64,000 nt of DNA from Halothiobacillaceae bacterium (GTDB taxonomy: Bacteria; Pseudomonadota; Gammaproteobacteria; Halothiobacillales; Halothiobacillaceae), in NCBI GenBank assembly GCA_006212015.1, contig SDAY01000002.1:10457-74456 (forward strand), read 5' to 3'. Below the pieces are notes generated by a model. That model did not search any database. It saw nothing but the letters and a program-made list of their open reading frames with translations, and had not been told where the DNA came from. Shown piece by piece: positions 10,529-19,748 of this stretch (positions are counted from its first letter, which is position 1; the number at the start of each line of letters is the position of its first letter). The position numbers and the translations under genes were made by a program.

Positions 10529-11254
10529 TCAGAAACCGAGACTGGCCAATAAATCATCAACATCGTCCTGGCTGTGCGCGACATGGCTTCCTGCCGTCGG
10601 CAACGCCGGCCCTTCCGCCTTGGTGGGATCATCATCAGGCGTGCTCCCCGTCTGCTGCATGCCGACCACCCGGATCAGCTTCACCATTTCCGTTTCGAGA
10701 TGCTCCAGCAGGTGAATGACATGATGCATCAACTGGCCGGTCAGGTCCTGGAACTCCTGCGCCATGATGACTTCCGTGAGATGCGCGTGAACCTGCTCGC
10801 CCTCCTTCTTGACCGAGGCGAGATAGATCTCGATCGGACCAAAGGCATCGTGCAGGGGCTGGTTCTCGGGGTGCAGCGCCCGAAGCTCCCCCAGCCGTTC
10901 GGCGACACGCCGGGAACGACGGACCAGGTTGTCGGTCAGGGGAACGGCCTGTTCGGCCGCCTCCAGCGTGCGGTGGGCCGCCTGCTCGGTCAGGGTGGTG
11001 ACGTAACGCAGCCGTTCGCGGGCATCCGGCATGTCCTGCGCTGCCAGCTGGGACAGGCGATTGTCGTCGGTGAACTGGCGCAGGGCGTCATGCAGGTCGC
11101 GGGTGATGGTGCCGATCTCCTTGAACAGCACCGACTCGCGGGCATCGGCAAGGGCCGCAAGGGCCATGCTGGCGTTCTGCTCGTCGCCGGCCTGCATGGC
11201 CTTGAGCAGCCCCTCGGCGAAGGCGATGCGCTCCGGCGTGATGAATGGGGTCAT
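10529..11254 (-). CDS. cheZ: CheY-P phosphatase CheZ
   Basis: Located between cheY and cheA. Conserved catalytic region MAQEFQDLTGQ and an acidic C-terminus DDVDDLLASLGF. The start was re-set to the ATG at 11254 (GAGGGA upstream); the track ORF extension overlaps cheY. Confidence 0.8.
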   Translation of the reverse strand: MTPFITPERIAFAEGLLKAMQAGDEQNASMALAALADARESVLFKEIGTITRDLHDALRQFTDDNRLSQLAAQDMPDARERLRYVTTLTEQAAHRTLEAAEQAVPLTDNLVRRSRRVAERLGELRALHPENQPLHDAFGPIEIYLASVKKEGEQVHAHLTEVIMAQEFQDLTGQLMHHVIHLLEHLETEMVKLIRVVGMQQTGSTPDDDPTKAEGPALPTAGSHVAHSQDDVDDLLASLGF

Positions 11255-11264
11255 GGCGTATCCC

Positions 11265-11648
11265 TCAGCCGAGGCGTTCGAAGATTTTTTCGATCTTCTC
11301 TTTGAGCGTGCCCGAGGTGAAGGGCTTGACCACATAGCCGTTCACGCCCGTCTGGGCCGCCAGGATGATCTGCTCGCGCTTGGCCTCGGCGGTCACCATC
11401 AGCACCGGAAGCTTGTTCAGTTCCGGGTCGGCGCGCACGGCCTTGAGCAGGTCGATGCCGGTCATCCCCGGCATGTTCCAGTCCGTGACCAGGAAATCGT
11501 ATTTGCCGGTTTTCAGCATGGGCAGCGCGGTCGAACCGTCATCGGCCTCGTCGACGTCGGTGAAGCCCAGCTCGCGCAGCAGGTTCTTGATGATGCGCCG
11601 CATGGTGGAAAAGTCATCCACCACCAGGATTTTCATGTTTCGATCCAC
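11265..11648 (-). CDS. cheY: chemotaxis response regulator CheY
   Basis: 127-aa single receiver domain ([15 protein letters not shown]...DWNMPGMTG...VTAEAK). Confidence 0.95.
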   Translation of the reverse strand: MDRNMKILVVDDFSTMRRIIKNLLRELGFTDVDEADDGSTALPMLKTGKYDFLVTDWNMPGMTGIDLLKAVRADPELNKLPVLMVTAEAKREQIILAAQTGVNGYVVKPFTSGTLKEKIEKIFERLG

Positions 11649-11666
11649 CGTATTGCCCTCGCTCCT

Positions 11667-11686
11667 GACGGGCTCTCAGGCCCGTC
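11667..11686 (-). other. 7-bp stem-loop in the fliA-cheY spacer
   Basis: GACGGGC-N6-GCCCGTC. There is no downstream T-run on the coding (minus) sense, so it is not a canonical terminator. Confidence 0.4.
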
Positions 11687-11700
11687 TTGAAAAAACCTGA

Positions 11701-12432
11701 TCAGATCCCACCCCGCCAGTCCGCCAGATGCTCGCGCAGGCGGATCATCGCCTTGCCATGGATCTGGCTGACCCTTGATTCACTCACGCCCAGTATCGCG
11801 CCGATTTCCCTGAGGTTCATTTCCTCGACATAGTAGAGCGACATCACCATGCGTTCACGCTCGGGCAGGTCCGCCATGGCCTGCGCCAGTTCAGCGCGGA
11901 AGCTCTCGTCCATGAATGCCGCTTCCGGGTTGGGGCGCTCATCCTCGACATCGATGGTCAGGTCTTCCGCGTCCTCGCCGCCGTGGTCGAGACTGAAGAT
12001 TGACGCCCCCGCGCTGTCGGTCAGGATCTGGTGATACTCGTCCAGGCCGATCCCAAGCACCTCGATCACTTCCTGATCGCGCGGCTCGCGGCCAAGCCTG
12101 GCCTCCAGCCCCCGAATCGCCCCGTTCACCGCGCGGCTGCGGCGATGCACCGAGCGCGGCGTCCAGTCATGCCGACGCACTTCATCGAGCATCGCGCCGC
12201 GGATGCGAATCCCGGCGAAGGTCTCGAAGCTTGCGCCATGCCCGTCCTGGTAACCGCGCGCCGCCTCCAGCAGACCCATCATGCCGGCCTGGATCAGGTC
12301 CTCGACCAGCACCGTCCGCGGCAGGCGCGCGCTCAAGTGGAACGCGATGCGCTTGACCAGCCCCGCATGTTGACGAACCAGTTCACCGGGGTCGCCATGC
12401 TGGATCTGAGTGTACATCGCGCGCGCATTCAT
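11701..12432 (-). CDS. fliA: flagellar sigma factor FliA (sigma-28)
   Basis: 243 aa with sigma-70 regions 2-4 (DLIQAGMMGLLEA..., LREIGAILGVSESRVSQIH). Positioned after flhG. Confidence 0.9.
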   Translation of the reverse strand: MNARAMYTQIQHGDPGELVRQHAGLVKRIAFHLSARLPRTVLVEDLIQAGMMGLLEAARGYQDGHGASFETFAGIRIRGAMLDEVRRHDWTPRSVHRRSRAVNGAIRGLEARLGREPRDQEVIEVLGIGLDEYHQILTDSAGASIFSLDHGGEDAEDLTIDVEDERPNPEAAFMDESFRAELAQAMADLPERERMVMSLYYVEEMNLREIGAILGVSESRVSQIHGKAMIRLREHLADWRGGI

Positions 12433-13310
12433 GCCGCAACCCCACCCCGTCCGGCGCTGAAATTCACCAGCCGTTCGATAAAGAACTCCAGATGACCGTC
12501 CGGCCCGGTCGGGCGCGGCCAGCGGGTGATGCGTTCCGCCATCTGCATGAAGGACTGCGATGCCCGGCTGGCATTGTAGGCCTCGACCACGGGCTGCTGA
12601 CGCTGCACCGCCTTGCGCAGATACTCATCAAACGGCACGGCGCCCAAAAAGTTTAGCGTCACATCCAGAAATCGATCGCAGACCGCCGCAAGCTTTTGAT
12701 AGAGGAGACGCCCTTCGCTCGGCGTGTGGGTCATGCTGGCGATCACATGGAAGCGCTGAACGCCATGTTCGCGGGAGAGCACCTTGATCATCGCATAGGC
12801 GTCGGTCAGGGAGGCCGGCTCGTCGCAGACCACCACCAGCACCTCCCGCGCCGCGCGCGCAAAGCTGATGACGCTCTCGCCAAGGCCGGCGGCGGTGTCG
12901 ATGATGAGGGTATCCAGCGGCAGGGTCAGCTCGCTGAAGGCATGGATCAACCCGGCATTCTCGCGCGGCCCGAGCTCGGCCATGCGCCTGACCCCGGACG
13001 AGGCCGGCACGACATGCACGCCTGCGGGCCCATCGATGATGATGTCCTCCAGCGTGTGGGTACCATCGATGACGTGAGACAGATTCAGCTTGGGATGGAT
13101 GCCCAGCAGCACATCCACGTTGGCCATCGCCATGTCGGCGTCCATCAGCATGACCTGCTGGCCGCCGCGCGCCAGGGCGGTCGCGAGATTGATGGACACA
13201 TTGGTCTTGCCCACCCCGCCCTTGCCACTGGTGACCGCCAGAACCTGTACCGGCCTCAACTGGCGCATGGCGCGCAGCGTCTGTGCCTGATCCGCGCCGA
13301 TATCAACCAT
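12429..13310 (-). CDS. flhG: MinD-like flagellar number regulator FlhG/FleN
   Basis: Walker A SGKGGVGKTN, 293 aa. Overlaps the flhF stop and the fliA start. Confidence 0.85.
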   Translation of the reverse strand: MVDIGADQAQTLRAMRQLRPVQVLAVTSGKGGVGKTNVSINLATALARGGQQVMLMDADMAMANVDVLLGIHPKLNLSHVIDGTHTLEDIIIDGPAGVHVVPASSGVRRMAELGPRENAGLIHAFSELTLPLDTLIIDTAAGLGESVISFARAAREVLVVVCDEPASLTDAYAMIKVLSREHGVQRFHVIASMTHTPSEGRLLYQKLAAVCDRFLDVTLNFLGAVPFDEYLRKAVQRQQPVVEAYNASRASQSFMQMAERITRWPRPTGPDGHLEFFIERLVNFSAGRGGVAA

Positions 13311-14685
13311 GTGCGGCCACTCCCTTCCAGTCCCAGCTCATGCGCTCTTCAATCATGTCGTCGTCCAGATCCTGCTGCATCATGTCCACCGCACGGGCGA
13401 CCAGGCGCTCGGCGCACGCGGGTGCGAGGTCCTCCGGCACGCGCTGCCCCATGCCCAGCCAGGCGACCGGAAGCTGGCTGTCGATCACCGCGCCCAAAGC
13501 ATCGCCCAGCCGTGCGGCCTCGTCCAGCTTGGTCAGCACGCAGCCGGCCAGCGGCAGATGGCTGAAACGCAAGATGGCCTCGCGGGTCATCGCATGCTGC
13601 GCGCTGGCGGAGAGGACCAGCAGCGAGCGCAGGCTTGACGAAGCCGAGCGCAGGTTGCGCATCTGCTCCATCAGGCGGGTGTCGCGCTGGCTCATGCCGG
13701 CGGTATCGACCAGCACCAGGCGGCGATCGGACAGGCCATCCAGGGTGCGCGCCAGCGACGCGGCATCCTCGGCCACGTACAGCGGAATGTCGAGGATACG
13801 GGCATAGGCGCGCAGCTGGTCGTAGGCGCCGATGCGGAAATTGTCGGTGCTGACCAGGGCGATGTCCTTGCGCCCATGACGCATGACAAAGCGGGCGGCA
13901 AGCTTGGCCACGGTGGTGGTCTTGCCCACCCCGGTCGAGCCCACCAGCGCGAACATGCCGCCGCGCTCGGTGATGTCCTCGCCCAGCACCGGGATGCGCG
14001 CCCCCAGCGCGCGCAGTGCACGATCCCAGCCGCGATCTTCCATGGCGGCCTCGCCCAGCCCCTCGACCACCTCGCGCGCCAGCCTTGGCGCCAGACCGAG
14101 GCCGGTCAGGCGGCGCATCAGCTCGGACTGAAGCGGATGATGGCGTTCGTAGCGGCGCCACTCGAGCACCCGAAGCTGGCTTTCCATCAGGGTGCGAAGA
14201 TGGCGGACCTCGTCTTCCAGGCGGTCGACCGCCGGGGCGCTCGCCACACTTGCCGGCGCGTGGTTCTTGGCGCTGGCCTGCTGGCGATCGCGCGCATAGG
14301 GGTCGGGCAGGTCCTCATCCTGCTGCACGGCTGGCTGATGCAGGGGCTTGAGCGCGGGACGGTCTTCCCGGGCGGCCGGGACGACGGGCTCGTCTTCCCA
14401 GAGATCCAGCCGTGCCGAAGGCTTCGCAACCGGGCGCGGCGGCCAGGCTTGGGCATCCGCGGGGGCGGCCGGCGCCATGAAAGCGTCGGCGCCCCGACCT
14501 GCCGTCGTCGGCGCCGGGGTTTTGACAACCGCGTTCAGCACGGCGTCCACATCCAGCGCGGCGACGATCTCGACGCCCTCGTCGGTCCGCTTGTTGGAAA
14601 GGATGACCGCGTCCGCGCCCAGCTCCTCGCGCACGCGGCGGATGGCCTGGCGCATGTCGGGGGCGGTAATGCGTCGAATCTTCAT
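13303..14685 (-). CDS. flhF: flagellar SRP-type GTPase FlhF
   Basis: N-terminal MKIRRITAPDMRQAIRRVREELG and an NG domain (GSTGVGKTTTVAKLA, DTAG). The start was re-set to the ATG at 14685, which follows AGGAGAGGA. Confidence 0.85.
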   Translation of the reverse strand: MKIRRITAPDMRQAIRRVREELGADAVILSNKRTDEGVEIVAALDVDAVLNAVVKTPAPTTAGRGADAFMAPAAPADAQAWPPRPVAKPSARLDLWEDEPVVPAAREDRPALKPLHQPAVQQDEDLPDPYARDRQQASAKNHAPASVASAPAVDRLEDEVRHLRTLMESQLRVLEWRRYERHHPLQSELMRRLTGLGLAPRLAREVVEGLGEAAMEDRGWDRALRALGARIPVLGEDITERGGMFALVGSTGVGKTTTVAKLAARFVMRHGRKDIALVSTDNFRIGAYDQLRAYARILDIPLYVAEDAASLARTLDGLSDRRLVLVDTAGMSQRDTRLMEQMRNLRSASSSLRSLLVLSASAQHAMTREAILRFSHLPLAGCVLTKLDEAARLGDALGAVIDSQLPVAWLGMGQRVPEDLAPACAERLVARAVDMMQQDLDDDMIEERMSWDWKGVAAHG

Positions 14686-14734
14686 GCTGTCCTCTCCTGA
14701 ATTCATTGCCGGGACGGCTCAAGCGCCCCGCCTG

Positions 14735-16852
14735 TCACTGCCCGATACTGGCCACCACGCGGATCTGCCGGTTTTCCGGCACTTCCTGATAATTCAGCAC
14801 CCGCAGTCCCGGGATGGCGAAGCGCAACATGCGCGCAAGCCAGGGACGCAGCGGCGGAGCGACCAGAAGGACGGCCGGTTTACCCTGCATCTCCTGGCGC
14901 TGGGTCGCATCGCTCAGGGAGCGATGCAGTCGCTCGGCCAGCCCGGGCTCCAGACCGGGGCCCGCCTCGCCCGTGCCTTGCGTGGTACTAAGCAACAACT
15001 GTTCCAAACTCGGATCGAGGGTGATGACGGGCAACTCCGGCGCAAGGCCATTGATGCTCTGCACGATCATCCGGCCCAGCGCCACGCGCACGGCAGCGGT
15101 CAGCGGGGTGGCGTCCTGGCTGCGCTGGGACTGCTGGGCCAGGGTTTCGGCAATGGTGCGCATGTCGCGGATGGGCACCTTCTCTTCCAGCAGGTTCTGC
15201 AGCACCTGAACCACGGTGGTCAGCGGCAGGGCGCGCGGGACCAGATCCTCGACCAGCTTGGGCGCGGCCTGCTTGAGGGTTTCCAGCAACTGCTGCACTT
15301 CCTCGTAGCCGAGCAGTTCCTGCGCGTTGTCCTGCAGAATCTGCGACATGTGGGTGGCGATCACCGTGCTGGCATCGACCACGGTGTAGCCCAGCGCCTG
15401 CGCGTGCTCGCGGTCGGCCGGAGCGATCCACACCGCCTCCAGGCCAAAGGCCGGATCGGTGGTCGTGATGCCCTTGAGCGTGCCATGCACCTGGCCCGGG
15501 TTGATCGCCATCTCGCGATCGGGGTGGATCTCGCCCTGCCCGATCGGCACCCCATGCAGGCTGATGCGGTAGGCATGGGGCGCCATGTCCAGGTTGTCGC
15601 GGATATGCACGGCCGGCACCAGGAAGCCCAGCTCCTGCGACAGCTTCTTGCGCACGCCCTTGATGCGGGGCATCAGCTGGCCGCCCTGGTTGCGATCGAC
15701 GATCGGGATCAGGCCATAGCCGACCTCAAGGCCGATCACGTCGACCGGCGGCACATCCTCCCAGGTCAGCTCGCGGGTTTCCGGCCGCGCGGCCTGCGCC
15801 GATTCGACCGGCACAGGTGGCCTTGCCTTGCCGGCCTCCTCCCGCTCGCGCGCGATCCACCACGCGCCGAAGCCCGCCAAGGCCGCAAGGCTGAGGAAGG
15901 CGAGGTTCGGCATGCCGGGGACCATGCCCATGCCGCCCATGATCCCTGCGGTCACCCCCAGCACCTTCGGGTTGGCAAACATCTGCTTGAAGATCATCTC
16001 GCCCATGTCCTGCGACTGGGTCATGCGGGTGACGATGATGGCGGTGGCGGTGGACAGCAGCAGCGCCGGGATCTGCGCGACCAGGCCATCGCCGATGGCG
16101 AGCAGGGTGTAGGTCGTGCCGGCCTCGCCAAAGCCCATGTCGTGCTGGGCCATGCCGATCACCAGCCCGCCGATCAGGTTGATGACGAGGATCAGGATGC
16201 CGGCGATGGCGTCGCCGCGGACGAACTTGCTGGCACCGTCCATCGAGCCGTAGAAATCGGCCTCCTGGGAGACTTCCGCGCGGCGGGTGCGCGCCTCGTC
16301 CTGGGTGATCAGTCCGGCATTCAGGTCGGCATCGATCGCCATCTGCTTGCCGGGCATCGCATCCAGGGTGAAGCGCGCGCTGACCTCGGAGACGCGCCCC
16401 GCGCCCTTGGTGACCACCACGAAGTTGATGATCACGAGGATGATGAACACCACCACGCCGACCGCGAAGTTGCCACCGATGACGAATTCCGCGAAGGACT
16501 CGATCACATGGCCCGCCGCCGCCCCGCCATTGTGTCCTTCCAGCAGGATCACCCGGGTCGAGGCGATGTTGAGCGCCAGCCGCAGCAGGGTCGAGACCAG
16601 GATGATGGTCGGGAACACGGCGAAATCGAGCGGCCGCAGCACATAGACCGCCACCATCACCACCACCAGGCTGAGGGTGATGTTGAAGGTGAAGAACACG
16701 TCCAGCAGCAGGGGCGGCATCGGCATGATCATCATCGCCAGAAGAATGACGATGATCATCGGCGCGCCCATGCCGCGCCCGCGCCAGCCGCGCGCCTGCG
16801 CCAGCAGGGCCTTGGGATCGAGTCGCGGCAGGGGCAGGTCGGCAAGTTTCAT
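14735..16852 (-). CDS. flhA: flagellar export gate protein FlhA
   Basis: Multi-TM N-terminal half, the FHIPEP signature (RFTLDAMPGKQMAIDADL), and a large cytoplasmic domain. The start was re-set to the ATG at 16852 (GAGGGA upstream). Confidence 0.95.
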   Translation of the reverse strand: MKLADLPLPRLDPKALLAQARGWRGRGMGAPMIIVILLAMMIMPMPPLLLDVFFTFNITLSLVVVMVAVYVLRPLDFAVFPTIILVSTLLRLALNIASTRVILLEGHNGGAAAGHVIESFAEFVIGGNFAVGVVVFIILVIINFVVVTKGAGRVSEVSARFTLDAMPGKQMAIDADLNAGLITQDEARTRRAEVSQEADFYGSMDGASKFVRGDAIAGILILVINLIGGLVIGMAQHDMGFGEAGTTYTLLAIGDGLVAQIPALLLSTATAIIVTRMTQSQDMGEMIFKQMFANPKVLGVTAGIMGGMGMVPGMPNLAFLSLAALAGFGAWWIAREREEAGKARPPVPVESAQAARPETRELTWEDVPPVDVIGLEVGYGLIPIVDRNQGGQLMPRIKGVRKKLSQELGFLVPAVHIRDNLDMAPHAYRISLHGVPIGQGEIHPDREMAINPGQVHGTLKGITTTDPAFGLEAVWIAPADREHAQALGYTVVDASTVIATHMSQILQDNAQELLGYEEVQQLLETLKQAAPKLVEDLVPRALPLTTVVQVLQNLLEEKVPIRDMRTIAETLAQQSQRSQDATPLTAAVRVALGRMIVQSINGLAPELPVITLDPSLEQLLLSTTQGTGEAGPGLEPGLAERLHRSLSDATQRQEMQGKPAVLLVAPPLRPWLARMLRFAIPGLRVLNYQEVPENRQIRVVASIGQ

Positions 16853-17038
16853 GGATCCCTCATGCAGGATGACGACGCCCCGACGGGGCATTGCCCTCCC
16901 CAAGCATGGATCATGCCTATTCACGCCAGCCGACGTGCAGGGCGTGGGCGAGATTCACGAAAGATTCACCAAAACCTATTGAAACACTCAGGAATTGTGG
17001 TAATTTTTATTTGTCCATTAACGTTATTGAGAAGCGCC

Positions 17039-17164
17039 ATGAAAGCATCCTTCGACAATCACGCCCCTTGGCGCATCGTCCATGCCGCCATTGCCGGCCT
17101 GATCACCCTCAAGGCCGTCATCGTCGGCACCCTGATGCTGACCCTGGGCATCGCGGTCGAATAA
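17039..17164 (+). CDS. candidate 41-aa single-TM mini-protein
   Basis: MKASFDNHAPWRIVHAAIAGLITLKAVIVGTLMLTLGIAVE. An AT-rich upstream segment carries TTGAAA-N16-TAATTT and GAGAAG before the ATG. A strong intrinsic terminator lies 25 nt downstream. No homology is recognised. Confidence 0.35.
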   Translation: MKASFDNHAPWRIVHAAIAGLITLKAVIVGTLMLTLGIAVE

Positions 17165-17188
17165 ATCCCCTGCCCCACGCAGACCCCA

Positions 17189-17225
17189 AGCCCCGGCTCA
17201 CGTCACCGTGACCGGGGCTTTTTTT
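17189..17225 (+). terminator. rho-independent terminator
   Basis: AGCCCCGG(C)TCAC-loop-GTGACCGGGGCT stem with one bulge, followed by TTTTTTT. Confidence 0.65.
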
Positions 17226-17307
17226 CGGGTGCTCCTTGCCCGGGCCCGCAGTCAGCGCCCCGGATGACGGCCCACGGACCTTCATCCGGGCCACGCTGAC
17301 CCCTGGC

Positions 17308-17378
17308 GGCAGGAGCGCGCTTGCTCGCGATGACGTCGCCGATGTGTAGGAGCGGCGCCTCGCCGCGATGAAGGCCGC
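17308..17378. repeat. two tandem REP-like units (GTAGGAGCG...CGCGATGA family)
   Basis: GGCAGGAGCGCGCTTGCTCGCGATGACG is followed by TGTAGGAGCGGCGCCTCGCCGCGATGAAG. The same family is present at 34937-34999 and 47855-47916. Confidence 0.7.
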
Positions 17379-17514
17379 GCCACCCTTCGGCCTGAAAGCG
17401 CTGTCAGGAACAGCGCTGGAACGCGAAGCGGACCCGAAGGGGGCCGGGCAGGATCGCCCGGCATCCGTGATGACGTCGCGGGCACGAATGTGCACATGAA
17501 TGCTTCACAGGCCC

Positions 17515-18657
17515 TCAACTCACCCCGGGTGTCCACGGCCCCTCGGGCACATCGACCTGCGGCCGGGGCGGGGCCGTGGCGCCCTGCGCCCGCGCCTGCC
17601 TCAGCTGGTACACGTAGGCCAGCACCTGGGCGACGGCGCGATACAGCTCCGAGGGGATCGGCTGGTTCAGGTCGGTGGTCTGGTAGAGGGCACGCGCCAG
17701 CGGCGGGGCGGAGAAGATCAGCACGCCGTTCTCCTGGCCGATCTCTCGGATCCGCGCGGCAATCAGGTCGCGCCCCTTGGCCACCACGATCGGCGCATCG
17801 CCGCGTTCGCTGTCGTACCGCAGGGCCATGGCGAAATGGGTCGGGTTGGTGATGATGACGTCCGCCCTGGGCACCTCCTGCATCATGCGGCGTTGGGCGG
17901 CCTGCATCTGCATCTGGCGGATCTTCTGCTTGACCTCCGGCTTGCCCTCGGTCTCCTTGTACTCATCCCTGATCTCCTGCTTGGTCATGCGCAACTGCTT
18001 GACGTGCTCCCACAGCTGATAGGGCACGTCGATGGCGGCGATCAGCAGGGTCGCGGCGCTCATGAGCAGCAGCCCCCAGCCAAGGGTTTCCAGCGCCGCA
18101 AACAGTCCACCACGCGGATCGGCCAGGCCCAGCCTCAGCAGTTCGTCCAGCTCCAGCCCGATCACCAGCGCGGCCACGCTGCCCACCAGCAGGAACTTGA
18201 GGATGCTCTTGAACAGCTCGATCAGGGCGCGCATGGCGAACATGCGCTTCAGGCCCTTGAGCAGGCTGATGCGTTCGTATTTTGGCGCCAGCGCCTTCCA
18301 GCTGAAGCCGATGCCGCCCATCAGCAGCGGGCCAAGGACAGCGGCGAGGATCAGCAAACCGATCAGGGGAAGGATGGCGAGAAACCCGCGCCAGGCCATC
18401 TCGCCCAGGGTGCGGGTCATCCACATCGGGTCGTGGATCATCTCGCGCGTGGGGGATAGCCCGATACGCAGCTCATCCAGCAGGTCCTTGCCGATCATCG
18501 GGCCGAGCAGCAGCAGGCCCGCGGCCGCGATCATCAGGACCACGGTGGTGCCCAGCTCCCGCGAGCGTGCGATCTGCCCCTGCTCCCGCGCCTCGCGCTG
18601 GCGCTTGGGAGTGGCCTGTTCGGTACGTTCCTGCCCGCTGTCCTGCTGTTCTGCCAT
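17515..18657 (-). CDS. flhB: flagellar export switch protein FlhB
   Basis: 380 aa with N-terminal QERTEQATPKRQREAREQGQIARSRE, four TM segments and the NPTH autocleavage site (ITNPTHFAMALRYD). Confidence 0.95.
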   Translation of the reverse strand: MAEQQDSGQERTEQATPKRQREAREQGQIARSRELGTTVVLMIAAAGLLLLGPMIGKDLLDELRIGLSPTREMIHDPMWMTRTLGEMAWRGFLAILPLIGLLILAAVLGPLLMGGIGFSWKALAPKYERISLLKGLKRMFAMRALIELFKSILKFLLVGSVAALVIGLELDELLRLGLADPRGGLFAALETLGWGLLLMSAATLLIAAIDVPYQLWEHVKQLRMTKQEIRDEYKETEGKPEVKQKIRQMQMQAAQRRMMQEVPRADVIITNPTHFAMALRYDSERGDAPIVVAKGRDLIAARIREIGQENGVLIFSAPPLARALYQTTDLNQPIPSELYRAVAQVLAYVYQLRQARAQGATAPPRPQVDVPEGPWTPGVS

Positions 18658-18676
18658 CGAATCGATCCCGTGCCCG

Positions 18677-19459
18677 TCAGCCGCCGATGAATTGACGGAT
18701 GGCGATCAGGCCATGTTCGAGCAGGTTCTCGAACTGGGGTTTCATGACCGGTGCCGCCAGCAGCAGCATGATGAATCCCACCACCAGTGTGAGCGGGAAG
18801 CCGATCGAGAAGATGTTCAACTGCGGTGCGGCCCGTGTGATCACCCCGAGGCCTAGGTTGGTCAGCAGCAGGGCCGTCAGCGCAGGCAGGGCCACCCACA
18901 AGGCGCCTTCAAACATGGTGCTCGCCCAACCCGCCACCCGCCAGAAGGCCTCGCGCCCCATGGTTTCGGCCGTGACCGGCATCAGCCGAAAGCTGTCGGC
19001 CAGCATCTCGACCAGCATCAAATGCCCATCCAGGGCCATGAACAGCAGGGTGACGACGATGGTGTAGAACTGGCTGATCACCGGCACGCTGATACCGTTC
19101 TGCGGGTCGATGGCCGAGGCGAAGCCCAGCCCCATGGTCATCGCGACCACCTCCCCCGCGTGGACGAACACCGCGAACACCAGCTGCAGGATGAACCCCA
19201 TGCCCACCCCGATCAGGATCTGGTTGGCGGCCATCAGCACGGCCTCGGGCGAGAACGGATCGACCCTCGGCGCCTCCGGCACCAAGGGCATCATCATCAG
19301 CGTGACCAGGACGGCGGCAAGGATGCGAATGCGCCTAGGCAGGGTGCGCGCACCGAACGGCGGCGCCACCATCAGCAACCCGCCGATGCGCAGGAAGGGC
19401 CACATGAACAGGCCGAGCCAGGCCATGATGTCTTCGATGGGAAGGATCAGCGGCGCCAT
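18677..19459 (-). CDS. fliR: flagellar export apparatus protein FliR
   Basis: 260-aa polytopic membrane protein located between fliQ and flhB. Confidence 0.9.
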   Translation of the reverse strand: MAPLILPIEDIMAWLGLFMWPFLRIGGLLMVAPPFGARTLPRRIRILAAVLVTLMMMPLVPEAPRVDPFSPEAVLMAANQILIGVGMGFILQLVFAVFVHAGEVVAMTMGLGFASAIDPQNGISVPVISQFYTIVVTLLFMALDGHLMLVEMLADSFRLMPVTAETMGREAFWRVAGWASTMFEGALWVALPALTALLLTNLGLGVITRAAPQLNIFSIGFPLTLVVGFIMLLLAAPVMKPQFENLLEHGLIAIRQFIGG

Positions 19460-19468
19460 GACGCGCCC

Positions 19469-19738
19469 TCAGCCGATCAGGCCGGGGATGGCGTCGAACA
19501 GGCGGCGGGTGTAGTCGACCAGCACGCCCAGCATCCACGAGCCCGTAAGCAGGATGACCACCACCAGCGCGAGCAGCTTGGGGATGAAGCTTAGGGTCAT
19601 CTCGTTGATCTGGGTGGCCGCCTGGAAGATGCCGACCAGCAGACCCGCCGCCAGCGCGGTCAGCAACATGGGCAGCGACAGCAGCAGGATGACCTCGAGG
19701 GCCTGGCGGGTGATGTCGATGACGGTATCGGCGTTCAT
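19469..19738 (-). CDS. fliQ: flagellar export apparatus protein FliQ
   Basis: 89 aa, two TM segments, typical FliQ sequence (LPMLLTALAAGLLVGIFQAATQINEMTLSFIPK). Confidence 0.95.
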   Translation of the reverse strand: MNADTVIDITRQALEVILLLSLPMLLTALAAGLLVGIFQAATQINEMTLSFIPKLLALVVVILLTGSWMLGVLVDYTRRLFDAIPGLIG

Positions 19739-19748
19739 GCCCGGCCCG

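Noticed and set aside
14348-17164. 938-aa plus-strand ORF opposite flhF/flhA
   Set aside because: It is antisense to genes with unmistakable FlhF/FlhA sequence. The translation is Arg/Gly/His/Asp-rich low-complexity sequence typical of GC-rich antisense frames. Only its last 41 codons (17039-17164), which lie in intergenic DNA, were kept as a candidate.
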